From the IMG/VR virus record IMGVR_UViG_2531839178_000008, positions 1 through 27,773 of that record: a stretch of 27,773 nucleotides of DNA, one strand, 5' to 3'. Origin of the DNA: a virus (taxonomy: Duplodnaviria; Heunggongvirae; Uroviricota; Caudoviricetes). A program made the position numbers and the translations under genes. Numbering within the stretch: position 1 is the first letter of the stretch; every line of letters starts with the position of its first letter. This document shows positions 16,056 to 26,289 of this stretch, piece after piece. The notes under the pieces are model-generated. The model had not been told where the DNA came from and searched no databases. It worked only from the letters and a program-made list of their open reading frames with translations.

Positions 16056-16742
16056 ATGACTGTTCAAGTTGCTGTCAAAAACCTTTCCCCTGTCACTTAT
16101 AACCAGATTCCTGTAATCACAACTGAGTTACTCGCCCGCCTTTACGGAACAGAAGCAATCCGTATACAGCAGAATCACCATGAAAATAAATCTCGATTTA
16201 TTGAGGGAAAACACTTCTTTAAAGCTGTTGGTGATGAGCTCAAAAATTTGCGACTAGTTTTAAACGAGTCGCAAAATGAGGTGAAAATTTCTCCAAAAAC
16301 CCGCTCCCTCATCCTCTGGACAGAACGCGGCGCAGCTCGTCACGCGAAGATGCTCGAAACCGATCAGGCATGGGACGTGTTCGAAAAACTGGAAGACTGC
16401 TATTTCAGCCAGACTTCGAAAAGCGCAGGTCATCACGAGAAGAAAACCAGCGAGCTTTCTGCAAAAGATGCAAACAGTCTGGTATGGTTGTGGGATTATG
16501 CCAACCGCTCACAGGTATTATTCCGCGAACTGTATCCGGCGCTAAGACAAATTCAGTCTAACTATTCCGGCAGATGCCACGACTACGGTCATGAGTTCTC
16601 GTATGTTATCGGAATGGCGAGAGACGTTTTAATCAATCACACACGAGATGTTGATATTAATGAGCCAGACGGACCAACGAATCTTTCTGCATGGGTAAGA
16701 CTTAAGAACAAAGAATTACCTCCTTCACTACATCACTACTGA
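16056..16742 (+). CDS. ORF6N-domain protein (antirepressor-like)
   Basis: N-terminal ..[35 protein letters not shown].. (NKxRFxEGKH signature); GAGG ribosome-binding site. Confidence 0.65.
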   Translation: MTVQVAVKNLSPVTYNQIPVITTELLARLYGTEAIRIQQNHHENKSRFIEGKHFFKAVGDELKNLRLVLNESQNEVKISPKTRSLILWTERGAARHAKMLETDQAWDVFEKLEDCYFSQTSKSAGHHEKKTSELSAKDANSLVWLWDYANRSQVLFRELYPALRQIQSNYSGRCHDYGHEFSYVIGMARDVLINHTRDVDINEPDGPTNLSAWVRLKNKELPPSLHHY

Positions 16743-16760
16743 CAGATTGCCAACGCAACG

Positions 16761-16784
16761 ACCCAGCTTCGGCTGGGTTTTTTA
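16761..16784 (+). terminator. rho-independent terminator
   Basis: ACCCAGC-TTCG-GCTGGGT followed by TTTTTT. Confidence 0.75.
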
Positions 16785-16816
16785 TTGCTGAATTTTCAAT
16801 ATGAGAGGACATGACA

Positions 16817-17071
16817 ATGAACGAGCTGATAAATAGCAACGCCATTAAAATGACCAGCATTGAAATCGCTGAGTTGGTGGGTAAGCGTCATGACAATGTG
16901 AAACGTACCATCGAAACGCTGGTTAAAAGTGGAGTTATCCGGCTTCCTCAAATTGAGGTTTCCGAAAGAATCAATAACTTAGGGTTCAATGTTCAGTACG
17001 AGCATTACGTCTTCGAAGGCGAACAAGGTAAGCGCGACAGCATTATTGTCGTTGAAGGAGGTGTTGCATGA
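16817..17071 (+). CDS. Rha-like regulatory protein (pRha domain)
   Basis: ..MTSIEIAELVGKRHDNVKRTIETL.. matches the Rha N-terminal signature; ATG 16817 has better ribosome-binding-site spacing than 16811; stop overlaps the next start. Confidence 0.55.
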   Translation: MNELINSNAIKMTSIEIAELVGKRHDNVKRTIETLVKSGVIRLPQIEVSERINNLGFNVQYEHYVFEGEQGKRDSIIVVEGGVA

Positions 17072-17838
17072 ATGCCGTAATTATTGCCAACGCAGAAATC
17101 GTGCCGATTGAGTTTAATGGCGAGCGTGTTGTTACGTATCAAATGATTGCTGATATTCACGGGGTTCCAGTAGCCACTATTCAAAATGGCTATGCGCGAA
17201 ACTCTGAGTATTTCATAGACAGGGAAGATACATATTTTATTGATTTTCATGAAAATACCTTTAGAAGGGGTTTTGAAATTCCTCCTCGTGGCATGCGAGT
17301 TTTCACTGAATCAGGCTATTTGATGCTGGTTAAAACCCTGCGCGACGAGACGGCGTGGAGAGTGCAACGTGAGCTTGTTCGCAATTATTTTCGTGGCCAA
17401 AAAGAAGATAAGTCAGCCTTGCCCGACTTCACAAACCCTGCTGAAGCCGCCAGAGCGTGGGCAAACGAATATGAGCAGAAAGTGAAGCTGGAGCAACAAC
17501 TCGCGATTGCCGCACCTAAAGTTGAGTTTGCCGATCGCGTTGGCGAGGCCAGCGGAATTTTGATTGGAAACTTTGCAAAGGTTGTTGGTATTGGCCCAAA
17601 CAAACTGTTTGCGTGGATGCGTGATCACAAAATCCTTATTGCTTCAGGTTCCCGGCGCAATGTGCCAATGCAGGAATATATGGATCGCGGCTATTTCACA
17701 GTGAAAGAAACAGCGGTCAACACAAATCACGGAATACAGATATCGTTCACCACAAAAATCACCGGGCGTGGTCAACAGTGGCTGACCAGAAAGCTGCTCG
17801 ATAACGGAATGCTGAAAGTAACAGGGGAGGCTGCATGA
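17068..17838 (+). CDS. phage antirepressor (ORF6N-like N-terminus plus KilA-C/ANT C-terminal domain)
   Basis: C-terminal segment ..ADRVGEASGILIGNFAKVVGIGPNKLFAWMRDHKILIASG.. is typical of the ANT domain. Confidence 0.7.
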   Translation: MNAVIIANAEIVPIEFNGERVVTYQMIADIHGVPVATIQNGYARNSEYFIDREDTYFIDFHENTFRRGFEIPPRGMRVFTESGYLMLVKTLRDETAWRVQRELVRNYFRGQKEDKSALPDFTNPAEAARAWANEYEQKVKLEQQLAIAAPKVEFADRVGEASGILIGNFAKVVGIGPNKLFAWMRDHKILIASGSRRNVPMQEYMDRGYFTVKETAVNTNHGIQISFTTKITGRGQQWLTRKLLDNGMLKVTGEAA

Positions 17839-18197
17839 ATGAGTACAGATTCACGCTTCCATACCCACCATCGCTGAATACCTACTGGCGAAGACGGGGA
17901 AGCCAATACTACATCAGCGATAAAGGCCAGAAATACCGAAAAGACGTTCAGCAAATCATCCGCCAACTCAAGTTAGATATTTTCACCAAAGCACGACTCC
18001 GCATCAAAGTCATCGCAGACGTTCCAGACTCCCGCCGCCGCGACCTCGACAACATCCTGAAGGGGCTACTCGACTCTCTTATCCACGCCGGATTTGCGGA
18101 AGACGACGAGCAATTCGATGACATTCGCGTAATTCGTGGTGTGAAAGTACCAGGCGGAAGGCTTGGAATAAAAATCACCGAACTGGAGAACGTATGA
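17835..18197 (+). CDS. rusA: RusA-family Holliday junction resolvase
   Basis: LPYPPSLNTYW..., RRRDLDNILKGLLDSL and C-terminal GGRLGIKITELENV parallel E. coli RusA. Confidence 0.85.
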   Translation: MNEYRFTLPYPPSLNTYWRRRGSQYYISDKGQKYRKDVQQIIRQLKLDIFTKARLRIKVIADVPDSRRRDLDNILKGLLDSLIHAGFAEDDEQFDDIRVIRGVKVPGGRLGIKITELENV

Positions 18198-18382
18198 ACG
18201 CCACAATTCAAACGATACCAGAGCTTCTTATCCAGACACGAGGCAATCAGACCGAAGTGGCGAGGATGCTTTCCTGCGCAAGAGGAACAGTGCTCAAGTA
18301 CAACCGAGACAGCAAAGGCGAGCGTCACGTAATAGTTAACGGCGTCCTGATGGTCAAACAGGGCAAGAGGGGAAGACGATGA
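18194..18382 (+). CDS. ninH: NinH
   Basis: ..TIPELLIQTRGNQTEVARMLSCARGTVLKY..VIVNGVLMV.. matches lambda NinH as recalled; position immediately before Q. Confidence 0.75.
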   Translation: MNATIQTIPELLIQTRGNQTEVARMLSCARGTVLKYNRDSKGERHVIVNGVLMVKQGKRGRR

Positions 18383-19002
18383 GACTCGAAAGCGTAGCTA
18401 AATTTCATTCGCCAAAAAGCCCGATGATGAGCGACTCACCACGGGCTACGGCTTCTGACTCTCTTTCCGGTACTGATGTGATGGCTGCTATGGGGATGGC
18501 GCAATCACAAGCCGGATTCGGAATGGCTGCATTTTGCGGTAAGCATGAACTCAGCCAGAACGACAAACAAAAGGCTATCAACTATCTGATGCAATTTGCA
18601 CACAAGGTATCGGGGAAATACCGTGGTGTGGCAAAGCTCGAAGGAAATACTAAGGCAAAGGTACTGCAAGTGCTCGCAACATTCGCTTATGCGGATTATT
18701 GCCGTAGTGCCGCGACGCCGGGCGCAAGATGCAGAGATTGCCACGGAACAGGTCTGGCAGTTGATATAGCCAAAACAGAGCAGTGGGGGAGAGTTGTCGA
18801 GAAAGAGTGCGGAAGATGCAAAGGTGTCGGCTATTCAAGGATGCCAGCAAGTGCAGCATATCGCGCTGTAACGATGCTAATCCCAAACCTCACCCAACCC
18901 ACATGGTCACGCACTGTTAAGCCGCTGTATGACGCTCTGGTGGTGCAATGCCACAAAGAAGAGTCAATCGCAGACAACATTTTGAATGCGGTCACACGTT
19001 AG
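18379..19002 (+). CDS. Q: late-gene antiterminator Q (lambda type)
   Basis: 207-aa product beginning MRLESVAKFHSPKSPMMSDSPRATASD with a CRDCHGTG...CGRCKG zinc motif, essentially the lambda Q sequence as recalled. Confidence 0.9.
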   Translation: MRLESVAKFHSPKSPMMSDSPRATASDSLSGTDVMAAMGMAQSQAGFGMAAFCGKHELSQNDKQKAINYLMQFAHKVSGKYRGVAKLEGNTKAKVLQVLATFAYADYCRSAATPGARCRDCHGTGLAVDIAKTEQWGRVVEKECGRCKGVGYSRMPASAAYRAVTMLIPNLTQPTWSRTVKPLYDALVVQCHKEESIADNILNAVTR

Positions 19003-19044
19003 CGGCATGATTGCCACGGATGGCAACATCTTAACGGCATGATA

Positions 19045-19073
19045 TTGACTTTTTGAATAAAGTTGGGTAAATT
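19045..19073 (+). promoter_or_regulatory. late promoter pR'-like (with associated qut region)
   Basis: -35 TTGACT (19045..19050), 17-bp spacer, -10 TAAATT (19068..19073), as in lambda pR' immediately downstream of Q. Confidence 0.6.
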
Positions 19074-19262
19074 TGACTCAAGAATGGCAGGTTTATATCC
19101 GTTCACATTCTTTCGGTTTTTTACCCACCTCATCTTTAAGTTGTGACTGCTCCCCGCCCTGTCGGGCGAGGGTTTACGGCGTTTTTCGCTAAGCGCACTG
19201 ACATGCGCATCATAAACTCGGGAGCACATAGGAATAGAGCCTGCTTTCGGGATTTTTTATTT

Positions 19263-19337
19263 GGGTCAGTCGTATAAAGGTCATTACGGAAGGCTGTTAA
19301 CCTTCTTATCGTGGTTCGAGTCCACGCTGTCCCGCCA
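19263..19337 (+). tRNA. tRNA-like gene, anticodon GUU (Asn-like), atypical
   Basis: Canonical T arm CGTGG-TTCGAGT-CCACG, anticodon arm GAAGG-CTGTTAA-CCTTC, encoded CCA; but acceptor stem has a U-U mismatch and the D arm is only 3 bp. Confidence 0.4.
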
Positions 19338-19342
19338 AACAT

Positions 19343-19418
19343 GCTGGTTTAGCTCCAATGGTAGAGCAGTCGCCTTGTAAGCGAATGGGTAGCGGTTCAA
19401 GTCCGTTAACCAGCACCA
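19343..19418 (+). tRNA. tRNA, anticodon UGU (Thr)
   Basis: Manual fold: acceptor GCTGGTT/AACCAGC, D arm GCTC-CAATGGTA-GAGC, anticodon loop CTTGTAA, variable TGGGT, T arm AGCGG-TTCAAGT-CCGTT, discriminator A, encoded CCA; 76 nt. Confidence 0.65.
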
Positions 19419-19534
19419 TAACTGAGCCGTAGCCACTGGCTATCCTGAATTCATCAGTGACAGTTACGCTGCGGCCTTCTTTTTCCCTTCCCAATATAAG
19501 AACTACGCCATCCGTTATTTGCGGAGGTGAGGCT

Positions 19535-19750
19535 ATGAAATCCATGGACAAAATATCAACGGGCATTGCCTACGGCACCTCCGCAGGCAGTGCCGGCTAC
19601 TGGTTTTTACAGTGGCTTGATCAGGTCAGTCCATCACAGTGGGCTGCGATTGGTGTGCTGGGAAGTCTGCTTCTGGGGCTTCTGACTTATCTGACGAATC
19701 TGTATTTCAAAATAAGAGAAGATAAGCGTAAGGCTGCGAGAGGTGAATAA
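19535..19750 (+). CDS. S: holin, phage 21 S21 (pinholin) type with dual-start motif
   Basis: [44 protein letters not shown]... with two in-frame starts (M1, M4) as in S21; GGAGG ribosome-binding site. Confidence 0.85.
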   Translation: MKSMDKISTGIAYGTSAGSAGYWFLQWLDQVSPSQWAAIGVLGSLLLGLLTYLTNLYFKIREDKRKAARGE

Positions 19751-20247
19751 TGTCGCCATCATTACGCAAGGCTGTTGCAGTTGCTATTGGTGGCGGGGCT
19801 GTTGCTATAGCATCTGTGTTAATCACTGGCCCAGGTGGTAACGATGGTCTGGAAGGTGTCAGCTACATACCATACAAAGATATCATTGGTGTATGGACTG
19901 TATGTCACGGACACACCGGAAAAGACATCATGCCTGGTAAAACGTATACCGAAGCAGAATGCAAAGCTCTCCTGAATAAAGACCTTGCCACTGTCGCCAG
20001 ACAAATTAACCCGTACATCAAAGTCGATATACCGGAAACAACGCGCGGCGCTCTTTACTCGTTCGTTTACAACGTGGGCGCTGGCAATTTCAGAACATCG
20101 ACGCTTCTTCGCAAAATAAACCAGGGCGATATCAAAGGCGCATGTGACCAGCTACGTCGCTGGACATATGCTGGCGGTAAGCAATGGAAAGGGCTGATGA
20201 CCCGTCGTGAGATTGAGCGTGAAGTCTGTTTGTGGGGGCAGCAATGA
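19750..20247 (+). CDS. R: SAR endolysin (lysozyme, phage 21 R21 type)
   Basis: N-terminal weakly hydrophobic Gly/Ala-rich SAR segment ([20 protein letters not shown]) followed by a lysozyme-like domain; start overlaps the holin stop (TAATG). Confidence 0.85.
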   Translation: MSPSLRKAVAVAIGGGAVAIASVLITGPGGNDGLEGVSYIPYKDIIGVWTVCHGHTGKDIMPGKTYTEAECKALLNKDLATVARQINPYIKVDIPETTRGALYSFVYNVGAGNFRTSTLLRKINQGDIKGACDQLRRWTYAGGKQWKGLMTRREIEREVCLWGQQ

Positions 20248-20711
20248 GCAGAGTCACCGCGATTATCTCCGCTCTGGTTATCTGCATCATCGTCTGCCTG
20301 TCATGGGCTGTTAATCATTACCGTGATAACGCCATTACCTACAAAGAGCAGCGCGACAAAAACGCAAGAGAACTGAAGCTGGCGAACGCAACCATTACTG
20401 ACATGCAGCAGCGCCAGCGTTCTGCTGATGCACTCGATGCTAAATACACGAAGGAGTTAGCTGATGCGAAAGCTGAAAATGATGCTCTTCGGCGCAAGCT
20501 TGATAATGGTGGTCGGGTGCTCGTCAAAGGAAAATGCCCTGTGCCATCCTCAGCCGAAACCTCCAGCGCCTCCGGCATGGGCAATGATGCCACCGTCGAA
20601 CTCTCTCCAGTTGCTGGACGAAACGTTCTCGGTATCCGGGACGGAATCATCAGCGACCAGACAGCATTGAGAATGCTTCAGGAGTACATCAGGACTCAGT
20701 GCCTGAAATAA
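20244..20711 (+). CDS. Rz: Rz (i-spanin)
   Basis: N-terminal transmembrane segment ([19 protein letters not shown]), coiled-coil body, start overlapping the R stop. Confidence 0.75.
   Translation: MSRVTAIISALVICIIVCLSWAVNHYRDNAITYKEQRDKNARELKLANATITDMQQRQRSADALDAKYTKELADAKAENDALRRKLDNGGRVLVKGKCPVPSSAETSSASGMGNDATVELSPVAGRNVLGIRDGIISDQTALRMLQEYIRTQCLK
20464..20670 (+). CDS. Rz1: Rz1 (o-spanin lipoprotein) embedded in the +1 frame of Rz
   Basis: Signal peptide plus lipobox ([13 protein letters not shown]) followed by a Pro-rich segment ([11 protein letters not shown]), as in lambda Rz1. Confidence 0.65.
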   Translation: MRKLKMMLFGASLIMVVGCSSKENALCHPQPKPPAPPAWAMMPPSNSLQLLDETFSVSGTESSATRQH

Positions 20712-20913
20712 TTTTTTTGCAAATCACAAAGTCAATTTAATGAGCCTCGCACTTGCGGGGCTTTTATATGTCCGCAGTAAACCGCGCATCGCAGCGCGTA
20801 ACAATCCCGAGTCTTTCAGAAAGCTGAGCCTGAGAACTGCCGTATATGGTGGCGACCATCTCGGGGCGGCTTTTCTGTGCGAACAGGCTCAACTTTCTAA
20901 AGGACATACCGAC

Positions 20914-21510
20914 ATGAACAAATCATTAACCGTTCTTCCTTCTGGCGAATACCCGACCATGAGCAGTCTTGAGATGGTGGATTACATTAATGCTGATCGG
21001 AAATCCAAAGCGGAGGCGGAGGGGCTTGCGTTCCCCTGTAAGAAATATCGCAAACTCGAACACCGCAGTTTCATGAAGAAAGTACCCAGGGTCCTCGGGG
21101 ATGCAGCTGCAAAATTTTTTGCAACTGATACCTATATCAACGGAACAGGTGGTGTTGTGGAGAGGGATATTTGCAATTTTCCCAAGCGTGAAGCTTGCCT
21201 CATGGCAATGAGCTACAGCTATGAGCTTCAGGCGCAGGTGTATGACCACATGACGGAGCTTGAGGGCGGGAAGGACATTAACCTCCTCGATTTCTCTGGC
21301 CTGACCGATATGGCAATCAGCGAAATGCAAAACCGTGTCGCGGCTGCTGAGAAGTTCTCATTTGAAATGCACGGTCAAGCAGGTAGCGCTCTCATGACTC
21401 GTCGGAAGAAAGAGAAGAAGGCCATTAAAAAGGCTGAGCAGCTTGTGAAGGATCTGATTCAGTTCAAGCTATGTGACATGGGGGATTTCCCTGATGGTAA
21501 ACCAGCATGA
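20914..21510 (+). CDS. Rha-like phage regulatory protein (tentative)
   Basis: ATG 20914 (AAGGA upstream) preferred over the listed 20740 start; ..MSSLEMVDYIN..FPKREACLMAMSYSYELQAQVYDHMTELE.. loosely follows the pRha pattern. Confidence 0.4.
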   Translation: MNKSLTVLPSGEYPTMSSLEMVDYINADRKSKAEAEGLAFPCKKYRKLEHRSFMKKVPRVLGDAAAKFFATDTYINGTGGVVERDICNFPKREACLMAMSYSYELQAQVYDHMTELEGGKDINLLDFSGLTDMAISEMQNRVAAAEKFSFEMHGQAGSALMTRRKKEKKAIKKAEQLVKDLIQFKLCDMGDFPDGKPA

Positions 21511-21719
21511 CTCCGATTGATTTCATACATAAAAATGTAACAACCGAGTTAATAAAGCTTGGGTACGACCAGAACGCGGCTATGACTGGCGCTGACATGG
21601 CGGTGGAGCATTACCGCCGTTGTTCACAAGCCAGCAGAAAAGGCCGAGTTTTCGATGACTGCCTGTACATTGCAAAACAGTGGGCAGGTAGGCAGAAAAG
21701 GGAAAAAATGACAACCTGA
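21507..21719 (+). CDS. hypothetical protein (70 aa)
   Basis: ORF coupled to the upstream gene (ATGA overlap); no family recognised. Confidence 0.4.
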   Translation: MTPIDFIHKNVTTELIKLGYDQNAAMTGADMAVEHYRRCSQASRKGRVFDDCLYIAKQWAGRQKREKMTT

Positions 21720-21842
21720 GAGCTACTTTCACAACGGCTCTTCATTACAAAGCCTATCTACGGGTGGGCTTGATAATGGCTTATACCCTACACGGGATAA
21801 CTTAACTGATATCCCTTTTAACGGATAAACGGAGCACAAATA

Positions 21843-22397
21843 ATGGCAAAGCTCACCGACAAACAAGAGCTGTTTGCCCGTGAGTACCTGAAAGATCTCA
21901 ATGCCACGCAAGCAGCCATCAGGGCGGGTTACAGTGAGGATTCTGCCGCCGTACAAGGATGCAAAAACCTAATAAAAGCTAATATCGCAAAGCGCATTGC
22001 TGAGCTTAAAGCCGAGCGAAACGAAGAGGTAGGTATAGATGCCGCTTATGTTCTTCGTAGATTGGTTGAAATCGACCAGATGGATGTGCTCGACATTCTC
22101 CTGCAAAACGGTGAGCTAAAGCCCATTAAAGACTGGCCTAAGGTATGGCGCACAACGCTATCAGGAATGGATGTCGTGGAGATGGTATCCGCAGATAGCG
22201 CCGCACTTCTGAAGAAAATCAAATGGCCTGATAAGGTTAAAAACCTTGAGTTGCTTGGGCGCCATGTTTCTGTTCAGGCGTTTAAAGACAACGTCAAAAA
22301 TGAAGTGACTGGCGCTGACGGAGGACCAGTCAGAACAGAAATTACCAAATTAACGCCTGAGCAGGCCGCAGAGGTGTATAGAAAAATGATGGGCTAA
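21843..22397 (+). CDS. terminase small subunit (Terminase_2 type)
   Basis: N-terminal [28 protein letters not shown] is the characteristic motif of this family; directly precedes the large subunit. Confidence 0.8.
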   Translation: MAKLTDKQELFAREYLKDLNATQAAIRAGYSEDSAAVQGCKNLIKANIAKRIAELKAERNEEVGIDAAYVLRRLVEIDQMDVLDILLQNGELKPIKDWPKVWRTTLSGMDVVEMVSADSAALLKKIKWPDKVKNLELLGRHVSVQAFKDNVKNEVTGADGGPVRTEITKLTPEQAAEVYRKMMG

Positions 22398-22399
22398 GT

Positions 22400-24019
22400 A
22401 TGCCGTTACCATTCCCCTTCGATTTTAAACATCCTGATTACCAGATGGTTTTTGAATGGCGGATGGAACGCCTACAGCGCATTCGCCAGAATCCTGAAAT
22501 ATTGCCTGCACTAAAACAGTTTTACCGTACCAATCCGGCTCAGTTCATCATCGACTGGGGCATGACAACGGACCCGCGTAATATTGATTATGGCCTGCCG
22601 GTGACCATTCCGTTTTTACTCTTCCCTAAGCAGGAGGAGTGGATCCACTGGATTATGGAACGCTGGAGCAATCGGGAGAATGGTATTACCGAAAAATCCC
22701 GTGAAATGGGGCTCAGTTGGACCGCGATCGGACTGGCCTGCTCGCTTTGTCTCTTCAACAAAGAAATGGTTATCGGTTTCGGCTCCCGTAAAGAGGAATA
22801 CGTCGACAGCACCGGTGACCCGAAAGCATTGTTCTGGAAGGCGCGCAAGTTCGTGGAAACACTACCTGTAGAGTTTCGCGGTTCGTGGAGCGAGAAGAAG
22901 CACGCGCCATATATGCGTGTTGAGTTTCCTGAAACTGGTGCCGTTATCAAAGGCGAGGCTGGCGATAATATCGGTCGTGGTGACCGTACGACCCTTTATT
23001 TTGTGGATGAGGCTGCTTTTCTCCAGCGACCATTACTTATTGATGCCGCGCTTTCTCAGACAACCCGATGTCGTATCGATCTCTCATCGGTTAACGGCAT
23101 GAACAACCCCTTCGCACAGAAGCGGCACAGTGGAAAAATCCCGGTGTTTACGTTTCACTGGCGTAGCGATCCGCGTAAAGACGATGAGTGGTATCACAAG
23201 GAGTGCGAGAAAATTGATAACCCAGTCATCGTTGCCCAGGAACTGGATCTTAATTACCAGGCATCAGCAGAAGGCATCCTGATCCCCTCAGAATGGGTAC
23301 AGGCTGCGGTTGATGCACATATCAGACTGGGCATTCAGCCCGGCGGCCAACGGCTTGGTGCAATGGATGTCGCCGACGAAGGGCGGGATAAAAACGCCTG
23401 TTCGCTCCGTTATGGCATCCTGCTGAATGACGTACAGGAGTGGTCAGGTAAGGGGAGTGACATCTATGACTCTGTGGTTAAGGTTTTTGGTCTGTGCGAT
23501 GACTTTGGTGCCGATGAGTTTCGCTTTGATGAGGACGGATTGGGTGCTGGCGTTCGTGGTGATGCGCGCGCTATCAACGAACTGCGTGAAGCGGAGGGCA
23601 TCTGTCAAATCACCGCCACTCCATTCCGGGGCAGCGGGAGCGTGTTTCATCCTGAAAATGAAGCTGTTCCCGGTGATAATGGTAAACCGGCTCGTCTGAA
23701 TAAGGACTTTTTTGTCAATGCCAAAGCCCAGGGGTGGTGGCATCTTCGCAAATTATTCCGCAATACATTTCGTGCACTACAGGGTATGGAGTATGACCCG
23801 GATGAGATTATTTCCATCAGCAGCACAATGGAAAATAAAGACCGGCTGTTGATGGAGCTGTCACAACCTACCTGGTCAAAAAATGCCACCGGAAAAATTC
23901 TTGTGGATAAGCAACCTGACGGAACGAAATCTCCAAACCTGGCTGATTCTGTGATGATTGCTTATGCCCCGATGGAAATGCCCATCGTAATTTCTGATGA
24001 CTTTATGGAGTGGATCTGA
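22400..24019 (+). CDS. terminase large subunit
   Basis: 539-aa protein with an ATPase N-terminal region (Walker B-like [10 protein letters not shown]) and a nuclease-like C-terminal region, between the small subunit and portal. Confidence 0.85.
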   Translation: MPLPFPFDFKHPDYQMVFEWRMERLQRIRQNPEILPALKQFYRTNPAQFIIDWGMTTDPRNIDYGLPVTIPFLLFPKQEEWIHWIMERWSNRENGITEKSREMGLSWTAIGLACSLCLFNKEMVIGFGSRKEEYVDSTGDPKALFWKARKFVETLPVEFRGSWSEKKHAPYMRVEFPETGAVIKGEAGDNIGRGDRTTLYFVDEAAFLQRPLLIDAALSQTTRCRIDLSSVNGMNNPFAQKRHSGKIPVFTFHWRSDPRKDDEWYHKECEKIDNPVIVAQELDLNYQASAEGILIPSEWVQAAVDAHIRLGIQPGGQRLGAMDVADEGRDKNACSLRYGILLNDVQEWSGKGSDIYDSVVKVFGLCDDFGADEFRFDEDGLGAGVRGDARAINELREAEGICQITATPFRGSGSVFHPENEAVPGDNGKPARLNKDFFVNAKAQGWWHLRKLFRNTFRALQGMEYDPDEIISISSTMENKDRLLMELSQPTWSKNATGKILVDKQPDGTKSPNLADSVMIAYAPMEMPIVISDDFMEWI

Positions 24020-25559
24020 TGTGGCCGTTTAAACGAAAAGAACCGTCAGCGCCGGCGGTACCGGACAAACAACCTGAACCACAGCCACCGGAAATTAACG
24101 ATGAGGTGATCGCTTCCGTCCGGCAGAAACCACGGAGGGAGTTTGTTCGCTATGAGCCACCACCGGGCGTTATCCCGGCACCGGTTCGCGACGCTGTGCT
24201 GGCAATGGATGCAACACCGTATGACACCCTGAACAGTCATTATCCTGATTTTGTTTATGGTGGTTTCCCGGGCTATCCGTATCTGGCACTTCAGGCGCAG
24301 TTACCGGAGTACCGGCGTATGGTCAGTGTGCTTGCCGAGGAGATGACCCGTAAGTGGATAAAGGTTAAGGCGGTCGGAGAAGGGGACGACAGCCACGCGT
24401 CACGCATAGCGCAGCTTACTGACGCACTGGAGCACTATAACGTACAGGACGTTTTCAGACTGGCGATTGAGCACGACGGCTTTTTCGGGCGAGGGCAGAT
24501 TTATATTGATGTGCGTTCGCCATCGGGTATATCTGCCTGGACTGACCCGGCGGAGCTGGGATCCGGACTGTTTATTTCCGACAAAAAATCCCGAAAGGTT
24601 CCCTGCTGGGGCTTCGTGTTATTGAACCCGTCTGGACGTATCCGGGTATATATAACGCGGATAATCCGCTGAGTGATGATTTTTACCGTCCGTCCGAATG
24701 GTACGTAATGGGAAAAACGGTTCACGCCAGCCGCATGATTGATCTGATCTCCCGTCCGGTTCCGGACATGCTGAAGCCGGCCTACAACTTTGGCGGCCTG
24801 TCACTGGTTCAGATTGCTGAGCCTTATGTTGATAACTGGCTGCGAACACGCGACAGCGTGGGCGATATGCTGCATTCGTTTTCGCTGAGCGGGATTAAGA
24901 CGGATATGACACAGGTATTAAGTGGTAAAAGGGACCCGAATTACGCAAAACGCGCGGAGTTGTTTAACCGTACCCGTGATAACCGCGGGCTGCTGATGCT
25001 GGACAAGACGAACGAAGAGTTTTTCCAGTTCAACACTCCCCTGAGCGGCCTCGACACCCTTCAGGCGCAGGCACAGGAACACATGTTCTTTGTCAGTGCC
25101 ATACCGTCCGTAAAATTCGCCGGGCTGAGCCCAACGGGACTGAATGCGTCGAGTGAGGGTGAAATCCGGGTGTTTTACGACACCATTGCTGCACTTGCCA
25201 CCCGTCTTCTGAAGAAACCGCTGAAAAAGGTGCTGGATATTATCCAGTTGTCTGAGTTCGGCGATATCGATCCTGATATCACGTTTGAATTTGAACCCCT
25301 GCATGAGCTGACGCGCGAGCAACTGGCGAATATCCGTAAAACTGAGGCGGAAACGGATCAGATTTATGAGAGCACCGGAGCAGTGACCAATAACGAAGTA
25401 CGCGAACGGCTGGCGACTGCGCAGGACAGCCCGTACAGCGGTATTGACCTGAGCGGGGACATCGAGATTGACGACACTGAAATTGACAACACCGAAGAAA
25501 ATCCGCCGCAAGGCCCGAATGCAGACCCTGAGGCGGATTTCACCCAACGCGGGGATTGA
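24019..25559 (+). pseudogene. portal protein interrupted by a single-base frameshift in an A6 run
   Basis: The N-terminal frame (to 24672) and C-terminal frame (open from 24546, listed from 24708) overlap; one extra A in the run at 24583..24588 joins them (...[28 protein letters not shown]...), giving a portal-sized protein of about 510 aa. Confidence 0.75.
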
Positions 25560-26289
25560 GGCCTGGTACCGCAGACAACTGGATAATGCCGTCAGTGGGA
25601 TGCACAACAGTGTACTTTACTGGCTGCGGGCTGAGTACCGTAAAACAGACCTCGCGCAGGATGCGTCCCCCGTTAACCTGATGCGTGGTGCCATGCAGCA
25701 ACTTGCCCGGCGCTGGCAGAAAAATTTTGACGAAATGGCCCTGCGGCTGGCGAGGCGGTTTGCCGGTGATGTCCTGAAAAACAGCGATGCGTCACTGTAC
25801 ACTGCGCTCCGTGATGCCGGGTTTACGGTTCCTTTCCGTATGACAACGGAGATGAATACCGCACTTCAGGCCAGCATCACGGAGAATGTGAACCTCATTC
25901 GCTCCATCCCGCAGCAACATCTCACCCAGGTGGAAACACTGGTCATGCAGTCTGTTGGCCGGGGACGTGACCTGAAAACGCTGACCGATGAACTGGAAAA
26001 ACGTTACGGCATCACACGACGGCGCGCGGCGCTGATTGCCCGCGACCAGAACAATAAGGCAACGTCGGTAATGCAGGCCGCCAGACAGCGTTCGGTGGGT
26101 ATCACTGAAGGTGTCTGGAGGCATTCCCGCGCGGGTAAAACATGGCGTCCGTCGCATGTGAAGGCGAACGGTAAACGGTTTGACCTGCGAAAGGGGATGT
26201 TTCTGGATGGTAAGTGGGTACTGCCGGGCGAAGAAATCAACTGCCGGTGTGGCTGGGAGGCCGTTATTCCCGGACTGGAGAAAAAATGA
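25519..26289 (+). CDS. head morphogenesis protein (Mu gpF / SPP1 gp7-like minor head protein)
   Basis: Position after portal and conserved C-terminal region (..[50 protein letters not shown]..); start uncertain (ATG 25519 or the listed TTG 25468). Confidence 0.7.
   Translation: MQTLRRISPNAGIEAWYRRQLDNAVSGMHNSVLYWLRAEYRKTDLAQDASPVNLMRGAMQQLARRWQKNFDEMALRLARRFAGDVLKNSDASLYTALRDAGFTVPFRMTTEMNTALQASITENVNLIRSIPQQHLTQVETLVMQSVGRGRDLKTLTDELEKRYGITRRRAALIARDQNNKATSVMQAARQRSVGITEGVWRHSRAGKTWRPSHVKANGKRFDLRKGMFLDGKWVLPGEEINCRCGWEAVIPGLEKK

Noticed and set aside
16811-17838. Possibility that the Rha-like ORF and the antirepressor are one gene split by a frameshift
   Set aside because: The junction is a clean ATGA stop/start overlap of the same kind seen at several other gene boundaries here, and the downstream ORF has its own complete N-terminal domain; more consistent with two coupled genes.
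19136-19566. Minus-strand ORFs 19136..19342 and 19306..19566
   Set aside because: They overlap the pR' leader, both tRNA-like genes and the holin start on the opposite strand.
20339-20650. Minus-strand ORF 20339..20650 and plus-strand ORF 20926..21330 (reverse)
   Set aside because: Antisense to Rz/Rz1 and to the Rha-like gene, with no start context; Rz1 in the +1 frame of Rz is the accepted embedded gene.
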